Source: Phoronis australis (lineage: Eukaryota > Animalia > Phoronida). From it: a stretch of DNA of 40,881 nt. Shown one piece after another: positions 23,886 through 35,747 of this stretch; within the stretch, counting starts at the first letter, position 1, and each line of letters starts with the position of its first letter. The stretch is taken from positions 549,709 through 590,589 of the forward strand of contig NMRA01000258.1 of NCBI GenBank assembly GCA_002633005.1, read 5' to 3'. A program made the position numbers and the translations under genes. The notes under the pieces are model-generated. The model searched no databases. It saw only the letters and a program-made list of their open reading frames with translations, and was not told the DNA's origin.

Positions 23886-25551
23886 GTTCTGTACTAGATT
23901 ACAATAGGGACATTTATCTGAATTAACAATCTTCATCTTATATAACAAAGAGTTAGTATACACTCTGTTATGTAACAACATATACTTAAAAGATTTAATG
24001 CATGGTTCGAGGGGAAGTGTAAAAGGCAAGGAATAAATTTTTCGGATATCTTGTTTGGAGTAATGCTGCAACAATTTTTCATAATTGTCTGGTTTTTTGC
24101 AATACTTTTGTATCAAAATACTCTTGATTTTTTCTTTTGGAATTTTATTATAATCTAAGCAAATTTTATTGTTGCAGCCAACCAATTGCTGATGACCTTG
24201 ATCAATTTTTCTAGATAAAACAATACATATTGAATTAAAACTCAGAATTTGAGAATTTACCAATTTATATTTTGCCTTGAGCACCTCCCACGATAAAAGC
24301 TTATTTTCAGCATCAAGAAAGTCATTGATGAAACATAGCCCATTCTTAGCAAACTCTTTATAATATAGTGACTTATTATTAAGTGTTATCTCTCTGTTAT
24401 GCCATATAATCTGATCACAAACAGGTACATCTTTGAAAGCATTATGATTCAACTGTTCACTCACCGACAAAACCTCTCTATAAAAAACATCATTTACTGT
24501 TCTACATAGTTTGCTTACTTTAAAATTACATGACCACAACAGTTCACCACCATAATTCTTGAGGATATATTGTGGATAAAACTTCCAACTTCCACGTTCA
24601 GGAGACTGAAGTCTTTTAACCCAGTTGACTAAAAGGCCTTCCTTTATAAGGGTCATGTCAGGAAATTTTAAACCACCATCTTCATGAGAAGCCATTGCAA
24701 CGCTTTTCTTTATTTTAGGTGGTTTCCCTGCCCAAATAAAATCATTTAAAATTTTATCTATTCGTTTGCACAAATCCCTTGTCAATCCAAGGACAGATAT
24801 AACGTGAATCAATTTGGGTAGCGCAAAAGCTTTAGTTATGACAATTCTTCCCTTAATTGTTAATTTTCTTGTTTTCCAAATATTTAGAACTTTCCTAAGT
24901 TTCGAAATTTTTTCTTCAAAATTTTGCTCATTTTTTTCTTTTTCATATTTACCGAAGTAAACGCCCAGACATTTAATATTTCTTTTTGGCCAATTTATAT
25001 CATACATTTTCTTAAGTTCAGACTGGTGGCCTAAAAACATTCCTTCGCATTTTCGCTTATTTAGTTTAAGACCAGACACGTCACCAAATCTTGTAAGAAA
25101 TTTAAAGCATTCTGTTCCTGAAACTTCATCCTGAATAAATAAAATTGTATCATCAGCATACTGGGCTATTTTTACTTCATGCCCATCAATACACAATCCT
25201 TTGATTAAGGGGTTATTTCTAATGTAATGGCTCATGAGCTCCACACACAGTATAAACAATTGACTACTTAAGGGATCCCCTTGACGAAGACCTCTCTTAA
25301 CATTAAAATAACCACATGTAAATCCGTTGTTTTGAACACAAGACACAATATCGTTATATATTGTTTTTATACGGTGAATAAATTTGGGACCAAATTGAAA
25401 GGCCCGAAGGGTTTTCTGAAGAAAGGACCAATTTAAACTGTCATACGCTTTCTTAAAATCTAAGAATATAATTTGTCCATTGAGATTTTTATTTGTATAA
25501 TACGATATTATGTCCTGTATTAATCTAATATTTTGACCAATAAATCGTTTT
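23886..25551 (-). mobile_element. L1/Tx1-clade non-LTR retrotransposon ORF2 fragment (reverse transcriptase), frame uninterrupted
   Basis: Open from the gap edge: RFIGQNIRLIQD...LDFKKAYDSLNW...GLRQGDPLS...QYADDT...SGLKLN...KCLGV...LTIKGR...GGLKFPD...CPYC. These are canonical non-LTR RT motifs with an L1/Tx1-style C-terminal region. The frame extends ~205 bp upstream of the track start at 25346. Confidence 0.95.
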
Positions 25552-26223
25552 NNNNNNNNNNNNNNNNNNNNNNNNNNNNNNNNNNNNNNNNNNNNNNNNN
25601 NNNNNNNNNNNNNNNNNNNNNNNNNNNNNNNNNNNNNNNNNNNNNNNNNNNNNNNNNNNNNNNNNNNNNNNNNNNNNNNNNNNNNNNNNNNNNNNNNNNN
25701 NNNNNNNNNNNNNNNNNNNNNNNNNNNNNNNNNNNNNNNNNNNNNNNNNNNNNNNNNNNNNNNNNNNNNNNNNNNNNNNNNNNNNNNNNNNNNNNNNNNN
25801 NNNNNNNNNNNNNNNNNNNNNNNNNNNNNNNNNNNNNNNNNNNNNNNNNNNNNNNNNNNNNNNNNNNNNNNNNNNNNNNNNNNNNNNNNNNNNNNNNNNN
25901 NNNNNNNNNNNNNNNNNNNNNNNNNNNNNNNNNNNNNNNNNNNNNNNNNNNNNNNNNNNNNNNNNNNNNNNNNNNNNNNNNNNNNNNNNNNNNNNNNNNN
26001 NNNNNNNNNNNNNNNNNNNNNNNNNNNNNNNNNNNNNNNNNNNNNNNNNNNNNNNNNNNNNNNNNNNNNNNNNNNNNNNNNNNNNNNNNNNNNNNNNNNN
26101 NNNNNNNNNNNNNNNNNNNNNNNNNNNNNNNNNNNNNNNNNNNNNNNNNNNNNNNNNNNNNNNNNNNNNNNNNNNNNNNNNNNNNNNNNNNNNNNNNNNN
26201 NNNNNNNNNNNNNNNNNNNNNNN
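25552..26223. other. Assembly gap (672 N)
   Basis: Run of n. Confidence 1.
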
Positions 26224-26259
26224 TAAAATTATGGAAAAAAAAAAAAAAAAAAAAAGAAC

Positions 26260-28290
26260 TGTATTCTTAACACGATGATTTTATTTTTTTGAATTCTCAT
26301 GGCTTACTTGATTTTAGCAGAACTTAAATTACTCATTGCAGTTGTGAAGTGGGGAGAGCATTCATTTAACTACTATACTTGAAAGATGGGTGATAATTCC
26401 TACCAAAAGCAAAACAATCAACACCTGGACTTATGTTATTTTTCATGTTCTTTAATGAAATTTTATTTCTTGCTCAATCAATATCGCTAATTTTTTCGGA
26501 TATTTTGAGTTTCTGCAGTGTCACTGATATTCTCAATTCCACGTGCGCTGTCTCTAGAAGCATATAGTTCTTCGCAAAAAGATTTCAATTCACTTAAATT
26601 TTCTTTTGTTTTGCCAAAGTATCACCCGAGGGCTTTACCACCCTAGTTATTGTTATCTTAACTAAGTTTTGGTTTTCTAAGCCACAAAAGTACTGTGTTG
26701 CCTTATCACCTTCTTCAATCCTAAAGCCTTTTACATAATTTTCTCATTTTTTTATAAATGGACATTGCATTCTTGCATTAACTCTTCGTAAACAATATTT
26801 GAAAAAGGTCTCTTTTTATTAATTCAATCCTCTTGAAGCTTTTGTTTTTGCTTCTACATTGCAACAGAAAATGTTATAGTAACTGTCCTGATGTTGTTCA
26901 AACGAACACCAAAAAATAAAAAATGATCAACAATCAGGTTAATATCCTTCAAAAATTATTCATTAAAGTGTTCATAATTTTATGGCTGAGCAGAATACTC
27001 CTCAATAGTATCGATAGTCACATTTCTAACTTTGGTTAAATAATGATCATCTTCTAACAGAGAATTATTAAATCATCAGAAACTGCGCCGTTTCTGAAAA
27101 TTGCTACTTACAGTTAAATGTAAAACAAATACTTGAGTGTTGTTCTGTAACGTGGACTAAGAGTTTACGCTATCCACCATGTTCAAAAACTCATTGATAA
27201 CTAAAAAATCTTGACATTTTGCAAGGAGTCTTTTTAAACAATGAAAAGCATTTTTGGACTATTCTCAATGGGTTCACAAGATTAAAAGAGCTTTTTAACT
27301 CCCCTTTTCGGATTAGGATTGTTTTGTTGTAATTGAACAACATTCCAGTCACAAGATGATAACAAGAGCAACACAGAGTGAAGAAATGTGCCCACGAATG
27401 CACAGCAAACAGTGTGCTTTTAGGGGATGTTTATTTGTGTCATAAAAATTGCCACTAGATGGCACAAAGTACATCAAATCCTTCCAAAACAGGAACATAC
27501 CATTGTTTCTTTAATAAAAAGCCAGTTTCCCAAATTTCATAAAAGTCTGTCAAGGAACTTGAAAGAAATAAAAGACAAAAGAAAAATGATATTGCCTCTA
27601 GGAGCCACTGTGCGATTGAAAGTCGTCATCTGTTGTCAACTTCATATGATTACTCTTAGTGCTAAATTTAATGGAGATCCTGCTATGGGTTTAGGAGATA
27701 CTGCTATGGGCAAAAAATGCCAATAGGAGGCGCCACAGTCGTCATCGTCAACCGTTTTCATCACACTGAGAACATAATATGCCAATTTTCACAATCATCT
27801 TTAGAATGGTTTGGTTGATATGTGGAGATAAACGTAAAAAATGTGAAATTGCCACCAGAGGGCACACTGGTTGTCGGATTCGCCTGAAAGTTTAGTCTAG
27901 CTGTCCCATTCATGAATGGAACACGTGCAAAATTCCATGAACATAGATCAAAGGGGCCATAAAATATTTTGAAAAAATCAGTATCGTTGGCATTTGGCCA
28001 ATATAAATTCACAAGAAATATTTCATACTTTTCAGCTTGGAGTTCCACTGCCAAAAAATGCCAACGGAGTCCTCAGTTATAAATACATTTTACTTCATAT
28101 TCCATAGTGTTGTTTAATAAAATGCACACACCCCTAGAGTTTCCTGTTACATGACTGAAGTGACATTCTTATCACCACTGAGTTTTCATTACGTTTTCAA
28201 TATGACTTCAAACTGAATGTTTAATTCCTTAACATTTGTTTCATCTTTTTGTTTCAATGATTAACCCAAGCCTCTGCAATTCACCTGCTG
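26260..28290 (-). pseudogene. Heavily decayed 5' half of an L1/Tx1-type ORF2 (APE endonuclease, linker, start of RT), interrupted at 27361-27957
   Basis: Minus-strand fragments appear in the expected order: VNCRGLG (~28280), GNSRGVCILL (~28130), FLVNLYWPN (~28005), CDWNVV (GDFN-like, ~27345), FNNSLLED (~27060), EEGDKATQYFCGLE (~26700), KNMKNNISPGVD (~26430). Many stops and frameshifts. Confidence 0.85.
27361..27957 (+). mobile_element. ~600-bp insertion in the LINE endonuclease region with degenerate ~130-bp internal periodicity (possibly Helentron/HINE-like)
   Basis: It separates adjacent APE motifs and begins aacaagagc. GCCAnnAGnnGGC-type motifs occur at 27451, 27594, 27719 and 27851. The family assignment is inference from structure only. 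Confidence 0.55.
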
Positions 28291-28489
28291 ATTACTTTGT
28301 GTGACAAAACACTGACCCCTTACTACCACAGCATTGTGTACCGACACAGTAGGCTTGTTTGTCTGGTTGATTCTAGATCAGACAGTGATGTTGAAAATTT
28401 CTTAGCTTTAACAGTCCAGGGTAACGGTACATAACAAGGACACAGTTCTCTTTATATCTTTCCAAATGCCAGCGTTGGTAAAATGACAT

Positions 28490-29867
28490 CACGGGTAAGA
28501 AAAAACATGACCGCCGGTCCTCTAAATCGGACCGACTCACCCAAAACAGGACTGACCGCTCCTAAAAACATGACCGCCCCACCACAAAACAGGACTGACT
28601 CACATAAAAACATGACCGCCCCACCACAAAACAGGACCTCCGGAGACTGAGTAGTTAAGGCCTTTGTGTGATACTGCGGGTTATGACGTAACCCGACCGG
28701 TCACATAGCTGTGTAGACTATTGCCAAAATAAAGAGTGACAGCTTTGCGTTATTGAGCTACGTTACATCCCCGAAATTTCCCACAGCCCGGGTTCTGCTC
28801 GTCACCTCGTTGTGAAACTTACATCAACATGTAGTAGAGTGCGCGACCGACGCAGGCGCATGCAACCAACACTCACCTTGCAGTATGCAACCGCTTGAGT
28901 GAAAACAATCCAATGAACTGTTGTAACAATAAGTCTGTCGCGCTCGTGACATGTGCACGCGCCATTTCCTCAGAAAAAAAATTGCGACATCTTTCGGAAG
29001 ATGATGACAACTTAAAATACTAAAAACTTATAACGAAATGAAACAAGTTTCGATAATTTGTTGTGCCAGGTTCGCAACCTTGTAGAAGAACAGTTGACTG
29101 AAGAATCGGGGGAAAAGGAACCGGCCAATGTAAGCCGACTTAAGAGAACGCAGAATAACGACAGAACCACAATTTTTCTCGAGCGCCGATGAAACAATTT
29201 AGTTTACTCAAGGAAGAGTGTCGTTAATAACACAAATTCGCCGGGTGAAGATTTTACATGTTCAGTTTTTTACTCACATCGGAGCAAAGCTGTATATTTA
29301 GTTTTCAGCTTTGCCGCACAAAGGCAGCTAGTATGATGATGCTTCACCCGAGAACCAGAACGCCCGTTTTTTTACTTGACTAACTTTAAACGTCAAATTA
29401 GAGAAAATGATTTTCATTTTGTTCTAAAACTTACGCAGTGGATAAAATTATAATTATTTAGCTCAAAAGCGTACAACGTGGTTGTTTTGTGTTAGATTTA
29501 TTAAATTTTGACTTTTGAACTGTTTATAAGTCACATACCGCAGCCGGGAGCCTGGTGTTGAGTAAAACTCAAAAGCGCCGCGTATTACAAAGCGAAGTAT
29601 CTTCTGTTGTTCACGAAAGATAACGGTGGATTAATCGGCACAAGACCTGCATATGCATACGTATATAGCCCCATTGTATGATCTGTGTAGGCCTAACGGT
29701 AATGAATCTTAGCCTGTTAGTCATTGCGGTTTTAGTCCCGGCGGTCCTGTTTTGTGGNGGCGGTCATGTTTTTAGGTGCGTCAGTCCCATTTTCTGGTGC
29801 GGCGGTCCCATTTGATCCCCGGAGGTCCTGTTTAGAGGACCGGCGGTCATGTTGTTTCTTACCCGTG
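28490..29867. mobile_element. Non-autonomous DNA transposon with CACGG...CCGTG termini and subterminal repeats (Chapaev/CACTA- or Transib-like)
   Basis: TIR cacgggtaagaaaaaacatgaccgccggtcctctaaa matches the right end tttagaggaccggcggtcatgttgtttcttacccgtg at 36/37. Subterminal ~21-bp repeats (aaaacatgaccgcc / aaaacaggac) lie at both ends. Flanks are gacat and aacat. Confidence 0.9.
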
Positions 29868-32574
29868 AACATGCAGTAAAAATATAAGCAAATATATATT
29901 CCAGTATGTCCCGATTGGGAAAACTAATTGCGTAAAGACATAAAAAATTCTAGTGAAGTGCAGGTCGTAAATATTAGACTATTTACAATAAAGTTGAAGA
30001 GACAAGTTCAGCAAAAGAAAATAAAGCTACAACATTAGAGACTGGGCATATCATAACTTCAAAATCTGACCAGTCTCTTTAGAATTCAAACTAGGTTTTT
30101 CAAATAGGATGACGAGAGCCTCTAAGATCCTAAAATGTGACAGGTCACTATCAAAATACAAAATAGAAGTTCTTTCTACTATTTGAGTACAAGTTTGCAA
30201 ACCGTGACAAAATAGCCCTTGATGGAGTTACAAATAAAAACTTAACCTCTATAGGCACAAATAAAACGATAGCCTAGTTTCTGGAAAGAATTCTAGTACA
30301 ATGAGTAGCAAACAGTAATGACTTTAAGTGCGGTGATCTCTGCGCCCAGTATTTTTCAGTTGCGCTAGCGGCAGGTGCGGGGAAGTCGTTGGGGGCAATG
30401 CAAGATTCAGAGAGATTCGAAAAGGTTCAGTGATTACTAAACGTTTGAGTGCCACTACGGTTTTTTCTGCAATTTGTGTTTTTACTAGGCGATTTATATT
30501 GTGCGCTTTGCATGCAATCGGTGTAATGGAGCGAAAAAGTGAAACATTAGGTAGCGGAAACTAAGAGAGAAATAATTGGTTTCAATGATTTCCACGCCAT
30601 GATCATAGAGATTTTACCGCTGGACAACATCCCAAATTTATACACGAATGGTAGACGATTATTGATAGACTATTACTGAAAAGGATAAGTTATACTCGTG
30701 ACATCATGTATTTAAACATTTTTGTCCGTTCAAGGTTTTGTCCTGCGTGGCCTTTTTACATTTTTGCCTAATCTTTCATATATTTTGGACTTGAGAGTCC
30801 TAAATTCTTATTGTAGCACAAACGGGGTTCACCAATCGTCATGTCTCGTTTACAGTTCAGTCATAAAGGACTATTTAAACCTCTAGAATGCTGTATCTCT
30901 CATGAGCGATAATAATTGGTATTATAGAAATGGTTTTCAAGGAATTTCGACGATGGTTTCCAGTATGGCAGCAAAAAACAAACACTTGAAAGCCATTTTG
31001 TTGGTTCACGGTTTGCCTGTGATGAAACCCTATGTTGGGCGATATGGTCAAACCTAACTGCAGTGTCTTTATCTTTTTTACAAAAACCGATTAAAGGGAT
31101 TGAAACTACATTTCAGATAAGTAAAATTCGCCCTATTTCCCAAAAGCTCCTTATTCAAGATAACGTAACCTTTTAGTTATTCAACAGTGTAATTACACTA
31201 TGTTTAAGTAGGATAAAACTTCATGAGGATATTTTGCACGATTTTTGACAGCAGTTGGTTAATCCAAGATATTTACTGAAAAATTGAAATCATTCACAGT
31301 ATCAAAAATGTAACCTGAATTGCAGGAACTCAACAAATATTTTGAAATAGAACTACCGTTTCAACTACACAGCGATAACTAACAACGTTACAAACAATTA
31401 GCTGTCAATGTTGAATTGCGACTAAAGCGTTCCAGGTTTAAAAACATTAACAGACTAATCTGATCTTGAATTGTTGTCGAATGAGTTGACAACAAAACTT
31501 AATAATGGTAAGGAAAACCGCAGTTCAAGAGGAATTAACACGAACACATGAAGAGTCCACATGCGACCACACATTTCAAAACTCACTCGATTGAACTCTT
31601 TGCTCAGCTTTTTCCATCCTTGCCCAACTTTTTACTTTTTTGTCATCTAAATGGACGGTCACATCCCCTTTCCAAGAAGCTGCGATCTGACCAGCTAACG
31701 GCCAGCATCGTTATGCTTTTTAGTGTTTGCCTGATGACCATTTCCAAAACAACATAACACATGTTATAAAAGCAGAGTACTTACTGGGTGATCATGATGG
31801 ATCCACAGAAGATAATGTTCTGGCACTCCACACAATATATTTATAGATCTCGTTGTAGTAATGAGGTTTCGTATGTAGCAGTAGTAATCGCACGTATCTC
31901 ATGTCACAACAGCAGCGGTTTTCTGGTTCGAATAGCAGTATTCAGTTGAATCTCATTGGCGGGAAATACAAAAGTCACGTGACAAGAGACTCAAGGTACC
32001 CCCTCCCCGTTGTTCTATTGAATGCAACCAATAGGCAGTGCAGACCAACACAGTTAAGCCACTACCACCATAGGTACCTGGTGCGAAGTTCCCTGAGTGT
32101 AAATCCAGTATGGACTTAGGCTCCCAGCATGCGTACCACATCACAGATTCTTTTAGATGGAGTTCCCGATGTGGAGCTAAACGATCACAAAAGCCTTAGG
32201 CCGGTGAGCATTTAATTGAGCCCATTCATAGATAACGTAGAGTAGCAGCAAATGTTGGGCAAGGAAAGAAAATAGTGGGCAAAGAAGTTCCTTTAAATCG
32301 TGAAGTCTTTCAGATGTGAGACTTTTGAAAAAAGTATTTCATGAGGACTCACTGTCGGTGATAAATTTACCTACGCTTTAACTGTGGATTTTCTTAGAAT
32401 TATTAACTGCCATTCCACGACCGTTACAATTTATGATTTACGCACAAGACTCACGTGTAGTAGCGATAACTTGCTAGCACCATAGTCTATGCTAGCACGT
32501 ATTGATAAAACGACATTCAACTGTATTACGGTATGTATAGAAACTGTTGTTTCCGCCGGTGTCTGTAGTTGCCA

Positions 32575-33207
32575 TGTCGAAATAGATACTTAATTTGCGT
32601 ATGATTTCAGCTCAAGGAGTTCTAATCTTGCAACTGGTAACCAAACGAAAGGGCGTGAAACCACCAAAGCAACAGTATGAAACCAATAAACGAAAACGGG
32701 AATTCCTTCCGAAATGGAAGGAAGATTTTAACTGGATACCGTATCCAGCGGCGGTATCAAAGCGACCAGAAATAAAATGTACTGTGTCCCGTGTGAAAAA
32801 TACGCCGACGCAAACACTTCATCTCTTGCGTCTGGGTCAGATGTGTTCAGGATAGAATTTTTGAAAAGTCACAAACAGTCGACGGCTCACTGAGCAGCTT
32901 ATGAAAAGCATATAACAGAATTGAAAAGCCAGGGTAAACTGGTAGCATGTTCAATGGTGAAATCCAAATACAAATACCCACTTTAATAAACTTGTGCAAA
33001 ATTTAAATATGTAATATATGCTCTTACACATGTTTCAGTATTGAGGTTATGCTAACAGGTATAATGTGCGACATTCATATATGTTTGAAAAGTATATTTT
33101 CGAGCTAAATTACCTTTGAACAAGTGTGTTATAGGTCAGGACAGGTAAATTTCATTTCTACTTGTCCTGTCGGACAAGTTAAAAATAAAAGTCAATGTCG
33201 AGCCCTG
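32575..33207 (+). mobile_element. hAT-type transposon remnant: decayed TTF-type zinc finger (ZNF862-like) plus one terminus
   Basis: KRKREFLPKWKEDFNWI, then after a frameshift MYCVPCEKY...GSDVFRIEFLKSHKQSTAH* (stop 32891-32893), which fits the W...W...CxxC...H...H pattern. The segment ends aatgtcgagccctg (CAGGG-type hAT end) with acttgtcc/ggacaagt subterminal motifs. No left TIR found. Confidence 0.7.
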
Positions 33208-33617
33208 TTGATGTTATCTAATCACCTCATTGGCTGTTTCAATCAGATATCAGAAATTTCCAGAATCCTTTCATTGCACTGATCCCAGAACAAAAGAGGT
33301 AACCATCATCTAAAAGTAGATGTTTTAAGTACATCTTAGCAAGTTTGACTCCATACACCAAAATCTGGGCAACTTCAGTGGAAGTTACTGTATTTTAATT
33401 AAAATTACATAATCAACATTCTGACAGTTTGGCTAACCAATAAATAAAGCAATGCAGTTTGTTTCATTGTATCTCTATTGTTTCACAATCCTAATATCTC
33501 AGTTCTTGTGCTTTTTTCTTGTTCATTCTCAGTTTGAAATTAAAATACGGTTGACCATCAGTGTTCTCCTCCTTAGAGTGTTGTTGCTAATATAGTGTAC
33601 CCTAATTGTGCTTTCAG

Positions 33618-33744
33618 GACAAGTTGAATGCAGAGTTGGAGGAACTAGAACAAGAAGAACTAGACGAACAGTTGTTGAAAGTGCCGGCACATGCGGAGCT
33701 GCCTAGTGTACCCAGTGAGCCTGTGGTGCATGAGTCGAGGAGAG
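33618..33744 (+). CDS. CHMP4: CHMP4/Snf7 (ESCRT-III) penultimate coding exon
   Basis: Acceptor gtgctttcag|GAC, donor AGAG|gtgaga. It encodes DKLNAELEELEQEELDEQLLKVPAHAELPSVPSEP, matching the Snf7/CHMP4 pattern DELxAELEELEQEELD...LPxVP. Confidence 0.92.
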
Positions 33745-33853
33745 GTGAGATATTCTCTTATCAATATATTAATAACAAGGATCACCTCATCACTGCCGAC
33801 CACTGCTCTCCTTATAGACACTCAATACATTTACGCTGCATTCACTTAGCTAT

Positions 33854-34313
33854 GGCCGATCACGAGCAGGTAAAAAATCAGGGCTCGTAATTTTCCCCTT
33901 TGAGGATTTCCTCTTTTTTGGTTTCAATTTCCTCTTAGTTTGATTTCCAGTTTCCTGTTTTTCTTCGCTTTTCATGCCAAAAAGTTTCTTGCAGATTAAT
34001 TTTACTACTTACACAAAAACATTTCACTCAAGTTTTGACCAATCACAACCAGGTAAAATAACCAAGGCTCATAATTTTCATCTTTTAAGAAGATATCCTC
34101 TTTTTGGTTTCGATTCCCTCCTATTTGATTTCTAGTTTCTTCTTTTTGTCTCTTTGTATTAGTATTTTAACTTTATTCTTGCACAAAACGTTTCTTGTTA
34201 AATTTTACAACAAGAAATAATTCTATCACATCAGCCTATTTATTTGTATTTGTAAAATGATATGTCACCTGGAAAATTTTCCTCTTCTTTGTTATTGGTC
34301 ATTACAAGCCTTA
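33854..34313. repeat. Intronic ~184-bp tandem duplication, possibly overlapping a decayed hAT-type MITE
   Basis: ggccgatcacgagcaggtaaaaaatcagggctcgtaattttc (33854) resembles gaccaatcacaaccaggtaaaataaccaaggctcataattttc (34037). Weak inverted end attacaagcctta at 34301-34313. Confidence 0.6.
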
Positions 34314-35393
34314 AAGAATTTCAACCATATTACATGTACCTATTGGCGCATTCAATTCAAGTAGTCAAATTTTCTGACAATGAGCTCTGCAGAACCTGTC
34401 GAGGTTCGCTGTTAAGGTAACAACTTTAGAGAAAATAAAAACCATATAATACAAATAGACAATTTTGCTTTTGTTCACTTGCCAATTTTTGTATGTAGCG
34501 CTGTCCAAGTACATACATGACAGTGCGCACGTATGAAATTGAGGTACCGTTTCGGCCTGTGATCAATTCTTACACTCGCATGCGCGGGTTACCTGTAAAG
34601 GTGGTGAAGTTATCCACGTTATAAACCTGCGAATGTTGTATCTGTGTTTGATAAAAGTTTGGAAGGGATATTTTGCATTAGAGAAAATGGGAATTGCGTA
34701 ATAAAATGTTCTGAGCGAGTTATGAACGGGGTTCGACTGTCTAATTCTATGTCTTTTGCAGAGCTGCCAACTGTTAGGGAATTACCTAAGTACTGGTGTG
34801 TAATGCAAATAGCATGTTAAGCTTGCTCTTTCTCAATTGGTTAATTGAAGTTACTGTGTGATTTGCTCACCAGTGAGAAACAGTTGAAACTCTGTGATTA
34901 TTTAATCTCTAGTCTATAATATTACTATGGACTGAATCTTAAAGTTTCCCTGCCCCTCAGTTTTCAAAATAGATTAAACAATCTTTGACTGAGCTCTGAC
35001 AGTTAGGTTGAAATAACGTTTTTGTCGAACTTTTGTCGCGGTTTGACGCTTTGTTGATGAAAGGACTTTCGCAGTTAATTGTTGTGATTTCAACTTGTGT
35101 GGAGCAACTCGTAGTGTGGTGTTGTAACAATTTAGTCAAAATTGAAATGGATTCTAGCACTGGAAAAAAAACAGAGATGTGCTTGTGTCGCTGGAGTTGT
35201 TGGACAGATTTTCGTTAAATTTGGCACACATGCTTCTATTTGGTTGACAATGAGGACACAATATAATGGACAGATGGAATTCTATTTTCTCATATTTTCA
35301 GAAATGATCAACCATAAAAGTTGTCAGATTTTATGGAACTATTTTGTTCGCTTTATGGTTTTAATAAACAAATTTTTGCCTTTCATTTGCTAG

Positions 35394-35434
35394 AAGATAC
35401 AGATTTAAAAGAGCTTCAAGCATGGGCAATGTAA
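35394..35434 (+). CDS. CHMP4: CHMP4/Snf7 terminal coding exon
   Basis: Acceptor tttgcctttcatttgctag|AA. The phase-1 join with 33744 gives E-DTDLKELQAWAM*, the typical Snf7 C-terminal helix (human CHMP4B has DDMKELENWA). Stop TAA at 35432-35434. Absent from the ORF track. Confidence 0.9.
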
Positions 35435-35482
35435 TGAGCGGACTGTGAACACATCAGACAAGTTGTCGGTCATGACTCAAAT

Positions 35483-35747
35483 AATAAAGTACAAAATTCT
35501 ATTGGTCGTTGTATCAACTTAATTTAAATAAACATGAAGCCCTCTATAATTTGATTGGTGTATGATGATGCTGTTACCGAGCCGCTACCGTGTCATTAAC
35601 ATGAATACATGTTGGTGGATGACTTCAATTAAAACAAGATCTTTGATGTACTGCAAAGTGTGAGTTTCCAAAATCTGCACTGATTTCTGTAGACCACAAG
35701 ACATCAGCCTGGAATTACGGTGAAAAATCTTTCATTTATTGAATAAA
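35483..35747 (+). promoter_or_regulatory. Candidate CHMP4 polyadenylation signals
   Basis: AATAAA at 35483, 35527 and 35742. T/G-rich UTR-like sequence continues to ~37800 with ATTAAA at 37172. The site actually used is unknown. Confidence 0.35.

Noticed and set aside
26235-26255. A21 run as a LINE tail
   Set aside because: It is on the wrong strand for the minus-strand LINEs and abuts the gap, so its origin cannot be assigned.
25533-26270. 245-aa ORF
   Set aside because: It is an artefact of the N run.
28490-28530. RAG recombination-signal-like end
   Set aside because: CACGGGT departs from CACAGTG, and there is no nonamer at 12 or 23 bp spacing.
29870-31800. Possible decayed ORF1/5' UTR of the old LINE on the minus strand
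   Set aside because: The position fits, but no convincing motifs could be read.
33745-33890. C-terminal part of the 94-aa ORF 33606..33890
   Set aside because: It is intron read-through past the gtgaga donor. The Snf7-like C-terminus is at 35394-35434.
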